From: an uncultured Actinomycetota bacterium | Lineage (GTDB): Bacteria > Actinomycetota > Actinomycetes > JAFAQI01 | Length of the DNA: 64,000 nucleotides | Assembly: GCA_963789615.1 (NCBI GenBank) | Contig: CAWBLI010000008.1 | Coordinates: 832,197-896,196, forward strand | Direction: 5' to 3' | Shown: positions 1-8,529 of the stretch, one piece after another | Layout of the letters: each line of letters starts with the position of its first letter | How positions within the stretch are numbered: the first letter of the stretch is position 1 | Program-made: the position numbers and the translations under genes | The notes under the pieces: model-generated | Databases searched by the model: none | What the model was told of the DNA's origin: nothing | What the model saw: the letters and a program-made list of their open reading frames with translations, nothing else

Positions 1-570
1 GCCGACCGCTGCCACCGCGGCCACTCCGCTCGCTTCACCCAACATCTCGCCGATCGGCCACAGGCACATCGCGACGCCAGCCCACGCCGGCACCTGACGA
101 GACCGAATAAGCGCGACCCCGAGCATGACGAATCCGACCAGGTGCCCCACCAGGTAGACCACTACCACGATGTCCACGGCCGTCGAGTTCGCGAACGCCT
201 TGACCACGCTCGTCGCCACCGAGGGATCGGCGTTATGCGCGGCGGCGGCGACCACCACATCCTGCGCCAGCAGATACCCCGCACCAAGAACACTGACGAA
301 GCAGATAGCGGTGCCAGCTGTCGCGAGTCGAGAGCGTCCGAATCCCGCTACTGCACCAGCGAAAAGCACCGCGGGAATGATCAACAACAGAGGCAGGTCG
401 AGGACTTGCGCCCACGCCATTGCGGTCGGATGCGCCAATGCCGCGGTCACCTGCGCACCGGCGTTGTCACCTTCTTTCATCGGGGACACGAGAAACTGCA
501 GCAGTTGGCAGACCGATCCGCCCAACAGGCACAGCACGCCAACCCTCACCAGCCACTTGGTCGAAATCAT
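1..570 (-). CDS. hypothetical integral membrane protein, C-terminus beyond the left window edge
   Basis: Minus-strand frame is open from ATG at 570 (AGGAG 5 nt upstream) to position 1. It is absent from the ORF track because there is no stop in the window. Translation MISTKWLVRVGVLCLLGG...AVDIVVVVYLVGHLVGFVMLGVALIRS... has several hydrophobic helices and strong G/C at third codon positions. Confidence 0.55.
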   Translation of the reverse strand, partial: MISTKWLVRVGVLCLLGGSVCQLLQFLVSPMKEGDNAGAQVTAALAHPTAMAWAQVLDLPLLLIIPAVLFAGAVAGFGRSRLATAGTAICFVSVLGAGYLLAQDVVVAAAAHNADPSVATSVVKAFANSTAVDIVVVVYLVGHLVGFVMLGVALIRSRQVPAWAGVAMCLWPIGEMLGEASGVAAVAAVG

Positions 571-762
571 CGCTGCTCCTGATCTGCTAACGACCGCCGC
601 CGTGACGGCCAGTGGCAGCGTCGTGCCTGACGACATCCCGGTTCTAGAGGCGGGTGTCCCGGCTCGCCAGGATCTTCGGTCGAGATGAAGCCAGCGGAAG
701 ATATCTGCGCAGGGCGCTGACTTTTTGACCGCAGGTGGCGGATCGACAAGTCTGCGTTGGCA

Positions 763-809
763 CCTGGAGTGTTCACGGCGAACCCGGGCTGACCTTTGAT
801 CTTGGCCCG
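763..809. repeat. short copy (B1) of a palindrome-containing intergenic repeat; longer copies at 40691-40907 and 50927-51129
   Basis: cctggagtgttcacggcgaacccgggctgacctttgatcttggcccg aligns with cctggagtgttcacggtgaacccaggctgaactcatgatcttggtcc at 51009-51055. Confidence 0.6.
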
Positions 810-828
810 CAGACCGCAGGTGAGCGGT

Positions 829-1683
829 TCAGAGATGAGATGTCAGCCAGGCGTGGACGTCGCTGACGCGACGCTCGCGCAGGCCGTGGTCCTCGCCGTC
901 GATCAGCCAGGCCTCAACACCGGGAATGTGCGCTGCAAGCCACTGACCGTGGCTGAACGGCACCGCCTTGTCCTCGCTGCCGTGAACGACGAGCACCGGG
1001 ACATTGATGTCGGTCATGTCGAAGCCCCAGGGAGTGATCTGCGCGACGCAATCGTCCCATCCACCTTCGATCCCCGGTTCGACTGCCTGCTGCATGCATC
1101 CCACCTCGTCAATAAGGACCTGCAGCTCCGTGCGGGACCCGGCGGCCTTCATCTGCTCGGCCTGCTCGACCGCGGGCGTGATGAGCAGCTCGTCACGCCC
1201 TCGCCGGAACAGGTCTCGCGCCGCGGCCATGTCCGACTGCATGAGTCGCACCTCGTCGACCGCGTCCTGACTGAACCCGTGCAGCCAGTCGAGCCCGTCA
1301 GCGTCGTACGGAGCCAGCGAGCACAAAGCAGCCGCGGCGACCACCAGGTCCGGCAGCAGAGCAGCGCACGCCAACACATGCGGTCCACCACCCGACAGAC
1401 CCCACATCGCGAGCCGGTCGACGCCAAGCTCATCGCAAATGAGCCGCACGTCCGCTGCACAGTCGGCCGTTGACCGACCAGGACTCGGTGTCGAGTCACC
1501 GTAGCCAGGCCGGTCATAGCTGATGAGCCGAAGGCCTCGACTTGCTGCATCCGCCACTGTTCTGCCATATAGCCGGCGACAGCCAGGCGTCCCAACATGG
1601 ACCATGACCGGGTAGCCACCACGATCGCCAGCGTCCTCAACCGCCAGCGTCCTGCCATCAGGCGTCGGAACAAGGAAAGTCAA
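829..1683 (-). CDS. alpha/beta-fold hydrolase
   Basis: C-terminal 285 codons of ORF 829..2226. It has a nucleophile-elbow-like WGLSGGG, ISYDRPGYGDS and VVHGSEDKAVP motifs typical of the fold. Start moved to the in-frame TTG at 1683, which has GGGAGG 6 nt upstream. The upstream 180 codons are Arg/Gly-rich and look non-coding. Confidence 0.8.
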   Translation of the reverse strand: MTFLVPTPDGRTLAVEDAGDRGGYPVMVHVGTPGCRRLYGRTVADAASRGLRLISYDRPGYGDSTPSPGRSTADCAADVRLICDELGVDRLAMWGLSGGGPHVLACAALLPDLVVAAAALCSLAPYDADGLDWLHGFSQDAVDEVRLMQSDMAAARDLFRRGRDELLITPAVEQAEQMKAAGSRTELQVLIDEVGCMQQAVEPGIEGGWDDCVAQITPWGFDMTDINVPVLVVHGSEDKAVPFSHGQWLAAHIPGVEAWLIDGEDHGLRERRVSDVHAWLTSHL

Positions 1684-1788
1684 GACCCACCTCCCGCTCG
1701 CCCATCCCAACAACCACGCCCCTGCTCCGCCGGCACGCTCGCCGCTACCGGCAACGGCAGGCACGATCTTCGCACGCGTCAATGATCC

Positions 1789-1815
1789 AGAACGCCGGCT
1801 CTGCGCGGTACCGCC
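1789..1815. repeat. copy of a ~27-nt GC-rich intergenic repeat (REP-like)
   Basis: agaacgccggctctgcgcggtaccgcc matches agagcgccggctctgcgcgctggcgcc (5585-5611) at 23 of 27 positions. Confidence 0.5.
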
Positions 1816-2730
1816 GATTTGTTGTCTGGAAGGCGTGCCTTGAGCGATACGCAATGATCGCCTAGTGCAACCCGGGGCAGGGCGAGGTCGTCCAACGGAT
1901 ATGTTGTTCCCGCGCGCCAGGCCCATCCAGTTGATCGCTGCCTGCGCATTGGTCTCCGCGACCGCCAGCTGCTCGGAGCATCGGCGCCCTATCGACCCAC
2001 TGCCCATGCGTCGGTGATGGCGCCATCCAGCGCGGCGAGCACCGATCGCGTTGGTCGAGCAGATCCGTGTCGAGCTGAAGTGAGGGGTAACCGGCTCGTG
2101 GCTCGCCTGGCCTACGGAGGGGACGTGTTCCTTCCGCCCAACGGGATCTCCCCACGAACCTCCCCTGCGGCGGCGAGAGCAACGCTGCTGGCCGATCCGA
2201 GCGCAAGTCTCCTCGGTCACCGTCACCAGCAGGAGATATTCGCGATCTATCAGAACTTCGAGGGTCGTCGACCAGTATGGCTTCTCCTAGAGCACCACAT
2301 TCCGTCATCCGGATCGCTTAGCAACAAGATCGTTAATCACGATCTTGTCGATGTCCTCAACGACCACGCCCGGCGACCCGTTGCAATACTCGACGCTCTC
2401 CCAGGCGGCTGTCGACAACCTCAGCCCACTGATCGTTCAACCTCGACCGCCCTGGCTGCTCGCTGCAGCCCTGTCGGGCTGTCAGTCTCGACAAGCACCG
2501 GTCAGACCACGCTGGTCCTCCATGAGGTTCCCGGATGGGGGGCGCCGGTGAACTCCGAGTCGACGGCAACCCCCGCGTCGATCCATGGGTGCGGGAACTC
2601 GACTACCGGCTCGATGCTCGGGCGTAGCGTGCCGGCGGCGACTATGACGGCTGAAATCGGCGCTCATTTCGTTAGTCTGCCCCTGCGAACGTCGACGTTC
2701 GCGAAATCTGTTTCGGGAGGGGAGCAGGAC

Positions 2731-3096
2731 ATGAGCAACAAAGCGGTGGTAAGCCTCACGACAGGACTCGAGGACGGCGAGCGGGTCACGGTCGCGTTTC
2801 TGGTCGCCGTCGGCGCGGCCGAGTCCGGACGGCCGACATTGATGTTCCTGACCAAGGAGGCAGTCCGGCTTGCCCTCCCTGGGTTCGCGCACGCTGTCGC
2901 CTGCGACGGCTGCCCGCCGCTCGCGGAGCTCGTCGAGCGTTACGCGGCGGCCGGAGGGGAACTGTTGGTCTGCCCCATCTGCCTGAACTCTCGCCACCTG
3001 CAGGACGAGTCGCTGCTGTCCAACGCCCGCGTCGGGGGGACCGTCCCGATGTGGGAGTGGATCGGCGACGAGGCAGCAACAACCTTCAGCTATTGA
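2731..3096 (+). CDS. DsrE/DsrF-like family protein
   Basis: ATG at 2731 is preceded by GGGAGGGGAG. The 121-aa product MSNKAVVSLTTGLEDGERVTVAFLVAVGAAESGRPTLMFLTKEAV...LLVCPICLNS... resembles the DsrE-like sulfur-relay fold family. The upstream part of ORF 2014..3096 looks non-coding. Confidence 0.75.
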   Translation: MSNKAVVSLTTGLEDGERVTVAFLVAVGAAESGRPTLMFLTKEAVRLALPGFAHAVACDGCPPLAELVERYAAAGGELLVCPICLNSRHLQDESLLSNARVGGTVPMWEWIGDEAATTFSY

Positions 3097-3180
3097 CCAT
3101 GGCGCAGATTCCGATCGATCCGATCGGTGCGACTGTGCATTGTGAGCCCGTCGAACCCCGTCACGATGGACTGACTCAAA

Positions 3181-3206
3181 GCGCGCAGAGCGCCAGCTCT
3201 GCGCGC
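3181..3206. terminator. perfect 11-bp stem / 4-nt loop hairpin between convergent genes
   Basis: gcgcgcagagc-gcca-gctctgcgcgc lies between the dsrE-like stop (3096) and the anti-sigma stop (3275). There is no U-tract, so this is hairpin evidence only. Confidence 0.45.
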
Positions 3207-3216
3207 TAGCGCCACC
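3187..3216. repeat. copy of the ~27-nt GC-rich intergenic repeat
   Basis: agagcgccagctctgcgcgctagcgccacc is near-identical to 5585-5614 and similar to 42413-42440 and 1789-1815. Confidence 0.6.
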
Positions 3217-3274
3217 CCTGAGACAAGCGCGTTCTGAAAGACGGCGGATCAGTAGCGAACGAAGGAGTATGCGG

Positions 3275-3865
3275 TCAGCTCCCGCTTCCGGCGGAGACTT
3301 CCGGCACAGCCATCGGACTCTCGAACGCGTTGATGAGCTGCTGCTGAGTCCAGGTCGGCGAGACGAGCGCGTAAAGCTGGTCACTGTTGCCATCCGAGAA
3401 CTGGACGTACAGCGCATTGTCCCCTGTGCTCGGCTCCGTGCCGATCCAGGTCTTCGCATTCGGATTGGTCGTGGCCACCGGTGTAGCACCGTCGGGGACA
3501 CTCGAGAAGCCCACTTCGGCGGAGAGCTGAACTGGCGAGCCTGCCGCTGCTTGATACGTGATAGTGAAGCCCGCCAGCCTGACCTTCCTTGTCACCAACC
3601 TCTTGTTGGCTGGATGGGGCGCCGCAGTTGAGGACGGGTGGCGGGGCGCCGGTCGCACGCTTGCGCCAACCGCGGGTGTCGAGGGGTGGCTGGTCTCGAT
3701 GGCCGCGACGGCGGCTCCGGTCAGCAACGCTCCTGCGGCCACGGCCGGCAGGACCGTGGATAGCACTTGGCGAGGGGGGCGGGTCCTTCCCATGTAGGTG
3801 AGACCTTCGGTCGCATCTTGGAAGGCGCTCCCTAGCGAGCGAGTCAGATCGTCATCAGTCAACAT
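3275..3865 (-). CDS. putative anti-sigma factor (single-pass membrane protein)
   Basis: It overlaps the stop of the upstream ECF sigma gene by 11 nt. The product has a short cytoplasmic N-terminus, one TM helix (VLPAVAAGALLTGAAVAAI) and an extracytoplasmic C-terminal domain. Confidence 0.6.
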   Translation of the reverse strand: MLTDDDLTRSLGSAFQDATEGLTYMGRTRPPRQVLSTVLPAVAAGALLTGAAVAAIETSHPSTPAVGASVRPAPRHPSSTAAPHPANKRLVTRKVRLAGFTITYQAAAGSPVQLSAEVGFSSVPDGATPVATTNPNAKTWIGTEPSTGDNALYVQFSDGNSDQLYALVSPTWTQQQLINAFESPMAVPEVSAGSGS

Positions 3866-4358
3866 GTGCGGTCTCCTGTGTGGGGGTGAGGGCAGCCCGG
3901 AGGTTGTCCAAGGCTCGCGCGGTCTGCGACTTGACGGTGCCGGTGGTGCAGCCGAGCGCGGCGGCGGTTTCCTCGACGCTCAGGTCGTCGAAGTACCGGA
4001 GCACCAGGACAGTCCGCTGCCCGAGTGAGAGCTTGCGGGCCGCCCGCAGGATCGCATCACGGTCCTCAACGCTTCCGACGTTCGGCGCGGGCATGTCGAT
4101 CGCCAGCGGTCGTTCGACGGGTCGATGGCTGAGCTCGCGCCAACGGTCCTTGGCCAGGTTGACCACCACCCGACGGGCGTACGCCTCGGGGTGATCCTGG
4201 GCTCGCCCCCACTGGCGCGCGGTGCGCATCAAAGCGGTCTGGACCAGGTCCTCAGCGTGCCCTCGATCACTGCACAGCAGGTACGCCGTACGCAGCAACC
4301 GGCTCGACGATGACAACACGAACAGGTCGAACGCGGGCCGGTCACGCCGGGAGATCAT
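3855..4358 (-). CDS. ECF (sigma-70 family) RNA polymerase sigma factor
   Basis: 167 aa with a region 2 (HAEDLVQTALMRTARQW) and a region 4 HTH (LSLGQRTVLVLRYFDDLSVEETAAALGCTTGTVKSQTARAL). Confidence 0.9.
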   Translation of the reverse strand: MISRRDRPAFDLFVLSSSSRLLRTAYLLCSDRGHAEDLVQTALMRTARQWGRAQDHPEAYARRVVVNLAKDRWRELSHRPVERPLAIDMPAPNVGSVEDRDAILRAARKLSLGQRTVLVLRYFDDLSVEETAAALGCTTGTVKSQTARALDNLRAALTPTQETAHVD

Positions 4359-4387
4359 CGGGTACCCATCGTCGTCACACCTCTACC

Positions 4388-4413
4388 AACGCCCACAATC
4401 CCAGCAAGGTTGT
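4388..4413 (-). promoter_or_regulatory. candidate ECF-type promoter upstream of the sigma gene
   Basis: On the minus strand, ACAACC - 16 nt - CGTT lies about 30 nt upstream of the ATG at 4358 and resembles the GGAAC-N16/17-CGTT class. Weak, motif-only evidence. Confidence 0.25.
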
Positions 4414-4481
4414 CACCGCACCGTGAGAACCTGTCGCGCGATGGCGCGGCCACGCACGAGTCAACCGACGCCGGCTGCCTC

Positions 4482-4823
4482 CTACAGTCCGGCGTCGGTC
4501 CAGGGGTCGATGGTGGGTCCGGCCGCCGCACAGGCCGCAGCGGCGGCCCTGTCTTTGGCGGCTTCCGATGCCCTGAGAATGAGCATGCCCGTTAATGCAG
4601 CTGCACATACCGCAGCCGCGGCCCACGCCAACCCGTCGGTTGCGCCTGCGCCGAGGGTGACATGCCAGTGCGGCGCGACCAGCCAAAGCACGACCAGTAC
4701 CAACCAGACAGAGGCGATGGCGACCATGCAGACGGTGTAGTCGCTTGCATAGAGGCGCTGCGCGCGACGAGCCTGTCGGCGGGTCGGCAGGGCAACCCCA
4801 CCGGCGGCTCGTGCTTGGTCCAC
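4482..4823 (-). CDS. small hypothetical membrane protein
   Basis: 113 aa with two hydrophobic helices (YTVCMVAIASVWLVLVVLWLVAP and GLAWAAAAVCAAALTGMLIL). The other ORFs at this locus are Arg-rich shadow frames. Confidence 0.4.
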   Translation of the reverse strand: MDQARAAGGVALPTRRQARRAQRLYASDYTVCMVAIASVWLVLVVLWLVAPHWHVTLGAGATDGLAWAAAAVCAAALTGMLILRASEAAKDRAAAAACAAAGPTIDPWTDAGL

Positions 4824-4932
4824 CGTTTCCTATCGGCGGGCGAGCCGGGACGATAAAGCGCCCCAGGGAAACCACGAGAGCACCGGTCCTGGTCGAGCGA
4901 GGCGTCACTCTGTGCGCCGCGATACGTGGAAT

Positions 4933-5565
4933 TCATCGAACGAACGAGAACAGCCGTGCCGGGATGTCGGCAGCAGGAGCGGTTGATCGCAACCGGTCTA
5001 TGCCCACGCCGTAACCCGTCGGCTCGGCGTCGAACGCGAGCTCGCTGAAGCCGGCGTCGCTAAACCACCGCCGGACCTGCAAACGTAGATCCTTACCGCT
5101 GAAGTAACCACGAGTCCAGATCACGGCCCCGCCGGCGATCACCATCGCGCGTGCAGCTTCGATCGTGACTCGAATGTCCTCTTGCGAGATGTTGCCGAAG
5201 ATGCCGCACAACAACAGAACGTCGACCGGCAGGAAATCTTGCCAGATAGCCGCCGAGCCGGCATCGCCGCGCACTACGGTCGCGGCCACACCCAGCTGCG
5301 CGGCTCGCTGCTCAGCGGCACTGGCCAGTTCGGAGTCCAACTCCACGAGCAGGACTTCCGGGCGCTGGTCGGCGGGCAGGCGAGCCACGACCGGCAGGAT
5401 GTCCCGGCCATCCCCTGCGCACAGGCTGAGAACTTTCGCTACCGGAGCCCGTCCGGACAGCAGGTCACTCAGCCGTCCCTGCACTACCGCCAGCCGGCGC
5501 GACAACGATGAGTTGCTGTCCTCGTAGTCGCGGTGCCAGGTATGCCAGTCGGTCATGACCACCAT
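4933..5565 (-). CDS. class I SAM-dependent methyltransferase
   Basis: The LSLCAGDGRD motif I-like glycine loop and overall layout fit a Rossmann methyltransferase. The start could instead be ATG 5556. Confidence 0.75.
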   Translation of the reverse strand: MVVMTDWHTWHRDYEDSNSSLSRRLAVVQGRLSDLLSGRAPVAKVLSLCAGDGRDILPVVARLPADQRPEVLLVELDSELASAAEQRAAQLGVAATVVRGDAGSAAIWQDFLPVDVLLLCGIFGNISQEDIRVTIEAARAMVIAGGAVIWTRGYFSGKDLRLQVRRWFSDAGFSELAFDAEPTGYGVGIDRLRSTAPAADIPARLFSFVR

Positions 5566-5584
5566 CTTGTTCTACAAACGATCG

Positions 5585-5614
5585 AGAGCGCCGGCTCTGC
5601 GCGCTGGCGCCACC
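5585..5614. repeat. copy of the ~27-nt GC-rich intergenic repeat
   Basis: agagcgccggctctgcgcgctggcgccacc lies between the transglutaminase-like stop and the methyltransferase start. Confidence 0.6.
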
Positions 5615-5651
5615 ACGCCTCGCCTGAGTGTTCCGGTCCGGCCGGCGAATC

Positions 5652-6566
5652 TTAGCTATCGGCGAGGGACCACGTTGGCGGTCGAAGCCGGAGATCCTCA
5701 GCCCACAGTCGGCTTATCTGTACATCAGGTTGGAGGGACTGGGTAGCCAGCGCGAGCCGATCCAGTGTCGCGAGCTCGGTCTGTCCGACAAGCGGTGGTA
5801 ACCAGTTGTCGAACGCGCCGACTTCCTGCTTACCGAGGCAAGCCGCGTCACGTAGCAGCTGGTTGCCGACGTACGCGCGGCCGGTGGTGGTCGGATCCTG
5901 TCCGTACCACCCCCACCGCGGTTGGGCGCGGCATTCCAGCCACGCGGTAGCCGCCAGGATGAGTTGGGTTCGTGGCACATCCAACGGATCGAACGTGACC
6001 CCGTGCTGAGCGCGGGTTTCGGCGTCGAGTTCGGCATCTGCCAACTGCCACCGGCTGTTGGTCTCGTTCCAGTACTCGACCACCCAATGATCTCCATAGA
6101 AGCTGCGGCCCTCGGCGTAGTACACCGAGAAGCCGCAACGGGCACGCGCGGCGACGCCTTGCTTACGGAGAAGGGCGCAGAGCAAGACACTGCTGGACCG
6201 ACAGTGCCCGATCAGGCGATGTGCTGGAACTCGTGGCGCACTCAGGGGACGGTCGTCCAACCATCGGATCCGCTCCAACATCGTGACGACACGACGCATC
6301 TGGGGCTCCGCCAGGAGCCGCTCATTCGGGATCTGTGCATCCCCGACGCGATCGCGGTGTACGACGAGACCCCGCACCAATGCGGCCAGCCCCTCGATGT
6401 CGCGCGGAAGATCAGTCAGCATCCCGTGGCGATCCTCGGGGTCGGTCACGCTGGATTGCCCGACGTACACCGTGCACACATGGCAAGGATATTGGGACAC
6501 GCGAGCCCCGCGAGTCACATCCCACCTCACAACATCGGATAGCGCGCGGGGACGTCGGGGCGTCAC
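5652..6566 (-). CDS. transglutaminase-like cysteine protease family protein
   Basis: A core Cys...His...Asp arrangement is present (GHCRSSSVLLCALLR ... GDHWVVEYW ... QLADAELD). The true start may be internal. Confidence 0.75.
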   Translation of the reverse strand: MTPRRPRALSDVVRWDVTRGARVSQYPCHVCTVYVGQSSVTDPEDRHGMLTDLPRDIEGLAALVRGLVVHRDRVGDAQIPNERLLAEPQMRRVVTMLERIRWLDDRPLSAPRVPAHRLIGHCRSSSVLLCALLRKQGVAARARCGFSVYYAEGRSFYGDHWVVEYWNETNSRWQLADAELDAETRAQHGVTFDPLDVPRTQLILAATAWLECRAQPRWGWYGQDPTTTGRAYVGNQLLRDAACLGKQEVGAFDNWLPPLVGQTELATLDRLALATQSLQPDVQISRLWAEDLRLRPPTWSLADS

Positions 6567-6648
6567 AGTCGCGAGGCTCGTGCCGCCTATGACGACATAG
6601 CTCGTCCACCGTGGGTGAACCCGACCATCGCGGGGTAGGGGAATCCTC

Positions 6649-8361
6649 GTGTGTGCTGACGCCCTGATCGCGGAGCGCTACCGCCTGGAGGCGGAGCTCG
6701 GGCGCGGCGGGATGGGCCGGGTCTGGCAGGCGTACGACGAGCTGTTGCACCGTTCCGTAGCCGTCAAGGAGGTCCACTTTCCGCCGGACCTGCCGGTCGC
6801 GGACCGCGAGCGCCTCGCCGGTCGCACCCTGCGGGAGGCGCGCGCCGTCGCGGCCATCGACAGCCATGCCGCGGTCCGGGTCTTCGACATCGTCGAGCAG
6901 GACGGCCGGCCGTGGATCGTGATGGAGCTGGTCCGCGGCGGAACGCTTACCGACCTGCTGCGGCGAAGCTCCACGCTCCCGCCGGTCGAAGTTGCGCGGA
7001 TCGGGCTTGCCGTCCTGGACGCGCTCGAGGCCGCTCACGCAGCGGGCGTGCTGCACCGCGACGTCAAGCCCAGTAACATCCTCATTGGCGACGACGGCCG
7101 GGTCGCATTGACCGACTTCGGGATTGCGACAGTCGACGGTGACGCGAGGTCCGGCGACACCTCTTCCGGGGTGATCATCGGCTCGCCGTCGTACATCGCG
7201 CCCGAACGCGCACACGGCCATCAGCCGACCGCGGCCTCCGATCTGTGGTCGCTGGGCGCGACGCTGTGGACGGCTGCCGAGGGCCGTCCGCCCTACGACG
7301 GTGCGACCGCGATCGCGGTCATGGCATCGGTGACCGCCGACGACCCACCCGAGTGTGCCCGCTGTCCGCGGCAACTCGCGGACGTGCTCCGCGCGCTCAT
7401 GGACCGGGATCCGGCCGCCCGTCCCAGCGCCGCTGAAGTGCGCCGCGCTCTCACCGAGATCCGGGTCAACGGCGCCGCCCAGCAGCAGCAGCCGGAGTTG
7501 GCGAGAAACGGCACGGCACCACTGCCGCTGTCATTCGACCGCACGACTGTGCTCGGCCAGCGTGACAGCGACGCTGCGCCCAACAGCGACGTGCCGCCCC
7601 CAACCATCGATCACCTGCCGCCTCTTCCGACTCCCGATCCCGAAGTGACCCCATCTGCTGAGCCGGCAGGTGTTGTCGAGCCGTCCTCGGGTGACGAGCC
7701 GCCCAATGCGGGGGTCGCCCGGCGCCCCCGGCTGCTCGTCATCGGTGCCTGCGCGCTCGCCCTCGCCGTGGCTGCGGCGATCGTCGTGGCGGTGGTCAGC
7801 ACCTCCGGTTCGAGCCCCACCTCCCATCCCGCCGCCGGTGCCCGACACACCGAGGTGCCGTCGCAGGCGTCGTCGAGCCCTGGGCACTCCGCCTCGACGA
7901 CGAGCACCGTGCTGCCAACAGGCTGGAGCCGCTACACCGATCCACAGCTGCACTGGAAGGTCGGCGTTCCGCCAGGTTGGACGCGTTCGACGACAGCGTC
8001 AGGGACGCAGTTCAGCGACCCGGCGGGCGGCCGCTACTTCCTGATCGCGACCCGTTATCCCGCCGGTTCCTCGGCGGTGCAGGCCTGGCGCGACTCCGAG
8101 CGCTCGTTTCGTAGCAGCCACGCCGACTACCAGCGTCTGGTGCTGCACACGATCGACATTGCGGGGGCTAAGGACGCTGCCGATTGGGAGTTCACCTACA
8201 CCGACGACGGAGCCTTGCTACACGCGCTGGACCGCGCCGAAGTGTTCGGGACCCGCGGCTACGCGATCTACGAGCAGAGCCACAGCGACCAGTGGGCGTC
8301 GTCCCAGCGGCTGTTCGACCAAGTCCAGCGCAGTTTCGTCCACGGGTCCACAGGCGCTTGA
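6649..8361 (+). CDS. Ser/Thr protein kinase with TM helix and extracytoplasmic C-terminal domain
   Basis: Hanks kinase motifs are present: GRGGMGRVW, AVK, HRDVKPSNIL, DFGIA, SPSYIAPE. A Pro-rich linker, a TM helix (LLVIGACALALAVAAAIVVAVV) and a ~170-aa C-terminal domain follow. Confidence 0.9.
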   Translation: MCADALIAERYRLEAELGRGGMGRVWQAYDELLHRSVAVKEVHFPPDLPVADRERLAGRTLREARAVAAIDSHAAVRVFDIVEQDGRPWIVMELVRGGTLTDLLRRSSTLPPVEVARIGLAVLDALEAAHAAGVLHRDVKPSNILIGDDGRVALTDFGIATVDGDARSGDTSSGVIIGSPSYIAPERAHGHQPTAASDLWSLGATLWTAAEGRPPYDGATAIAVMASVTADDPPECARCPRQLADVLRALMDRDPAARPSAAEVRRALTEIRVNGAAQQQQPELARNGTAPLPLSFDRTTVLGQRDSDAAPNSDVPPPTIDHLPPLPTPDPEVTPSAEPAGVVEPSSGDEPPNAGVARRPRLLVIGACALALAVAAAIVVAVVSTSGSSPTSHPAAGARHTEVPSQASSSPGHSASTTSTVLPTGWSRYTDPQLHWKVGVPPGWTRSTTASGTQFSDPAGGRYFLIATRYPAGSSAVQAWRDSERSFRSSHADYQRLVLHTIDIAGAKDAADWEFTYTDDGALLHALDRAEVFGTRGYAIYEQSHSDQWASSQRLFDQVQRSFVHGSTGA

Positions 8362-8529
8362 CTCCAGCGCGCGGCGTCCTGGCTCACAGGTTTCCGGCGC
8401 CGGTCAGCTACCTGACGGCCTGCGGATTGGTGATGGAGTCGCCCACATCTGGATTGGCGCGCAACGTGGCGATGGGGCGCGACGACGTGATGACAGATGG
8501 CGGCTTGAACGAACAGCACCTTCGACGGA

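Noticed and set aside
6412-7374. Long ORFs lying antisense to, or in an alternative frame of, clearly recognisable genes. Examples: 6412..7374-, 2482..3501-, 17026..18117-, 28103..29362+, 33359..34417-, 38875..40146-, 44646..45743-, 47433..48428-, 49202..50353-, 57081..58532+, 60016..61491+, 61481..62632-.
   Set aside because: Their translations are Arg/Pro/Gly/Ala-rich low-complexity strings with no recognisable motifs. They are the expected shadow ORFs of high-GC DNA and overlap genes with strong family signatures.
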